The position numbers and the translations under genes are program-made. The notes beneath the pieces are model-generated. The model had not been told where the DNA came from, did not search any database, and worked only from the letters and a program-made list of their open reading frames with translations. A DNA stretch of 62,326 nt, taken from the NCBI GenBank assembly GCA_027858735.1, contig JAQICC010000266.1, positions 1-62,326 of the forward strand. The letters are read 5' to 3'. Origin of the DNA: Salinivirgaceae bacterium. GTDB lineage: Bacteria > Bacteroidota > Bacteroidia > Bacteroidales > SZUA-534. Shown piece by piece: positions 61,635 through 62,326 of this stretch (position 1 is its first letter; the number at the start of each line of letters is the position of its first letter).

Positions 61635-62051
61635 TATGCACAAAATCTATAAATTTGACACAAAGGTAAAATTTTGCATTTCATATTCTTACCATTTTTG
61701 AAAAAGTTTGGTAAGTAGATTCTTACTGTATTACTGCTTATTTAAAATACTATATTCTGAAGGTGCACTATCGTTATTTTTTAAAGAAGTTAGTTTTAAA
61801 GGCGAGGTAAATTTAAAAATCTATAATCATCCTGATTAATTCATGCGTTTAGTTTAGTGCAAATACAGCTTGGAATACCTGCCGACGTAGTTCCCTACTT
61901 CAAAAGGGATTGCAAGGTAGTAGATGTGCTGAAATAAATGCATTTTATGAATCAATTGAGGTTATAACCAATGGTTAAAAGAGTTAGACACTTTTATGAG
62001 TTCAATAGGTCTTGATGTTAATGTTGATAATGGCGAAGTGCGCAAGAATTT

Positions 62052-62210
62052 CAGTTTAATAGCAAAGAATATCCAACAGGGCAACCTATTTTAACAAACG
62101 AGGGAAGACTTTTCTATTTTGTATCGAACTCTGGTGGCAAGGACGGTACAGATTTGTATAAATGTTTGCGTCTCGGCAAAAACGAATGGAGCGAGCTGGT
62201 AAACCTCTAG
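62052..62210 (+). pseudogene. PD40/TolB-repeat fragment of an OmpA-family-type protein
   Basis: QFNSKEYPTGQPILTNEGRLFYFVSNSGGKDGTDLYKC..WSELVNL then TAG; matches the FNS..Y..G.P....G..LYF.S..GG.G..D.Y..W..P.NL repeat. Confidence 0.6.
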
Positions 62211-62233
62211 CCCGGATTATTCACGAATAATCC

Positions 62234-62254
62234 CTGTCTCCGACAGCGACTAAG
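62234..62254 (-). repeat. 21-bp dispersed repeat, inverted copy of 54977-54997
   Basis: CTGTCTCCGACAGCGACTAAG is the exact reverse complement of CTTAGTCGCTGTCGGAGACAG. Confidence 0.8.
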
Positions 62255-62326
62255 ATTTAGTAAAAACTTTTGAAAAAAGTTTAACTGCATTTAAGTCTGG
62301 ACTATCCTGACCTTTATGCATATTTT

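Overview
AT-rich bacterial DNA, most likely Bacteroidota (T9SS C-terminal domains, hybrid two-component systems, TAnnTTTG promoter boxes). About 2.9-53.3 kb is a large uronic-acid polysaccharide utilisation locus that lacks a recognisable SusC/SusD pair. It carries two non-SusC TonB-dependent receptors (one frameshifted), each followed by a T9SS-secreted beta-helix protein. It also carries T9SS multimodular enzymes (PF14099-like lyase, PL14, a PL31+GH8 fusion, an unclassified beta-helix protein) and a 3206-aa protein built from a ~613-aa super-repeat. PL38-like, GH88 and GH2 enzymes lack a T9SS tail, and there are two HTCS regulators. A 21-bp-period tandem motif precedes five minus-strand transcription units, including an unknown 281-aa gene. 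The enzyme set points to beta-1,4-glucuronan (with cellulose) or alginate as substrate. The flanks hold a sigma54 activator, decayed GH28/GH105, GAF/PAS, T9SS-B and PD40 remnants, a nested MITE, palindrome clusters, and ordinary genes (HMGL-like aldolase, FISUMP lipoprotein, DUF4380-T9SS, CsbD-like, M23 peptidase). No rRNA, tRNA, CRISPR or intact transposase was seen. Family assignments are from motif recognition by eye, not database searches.
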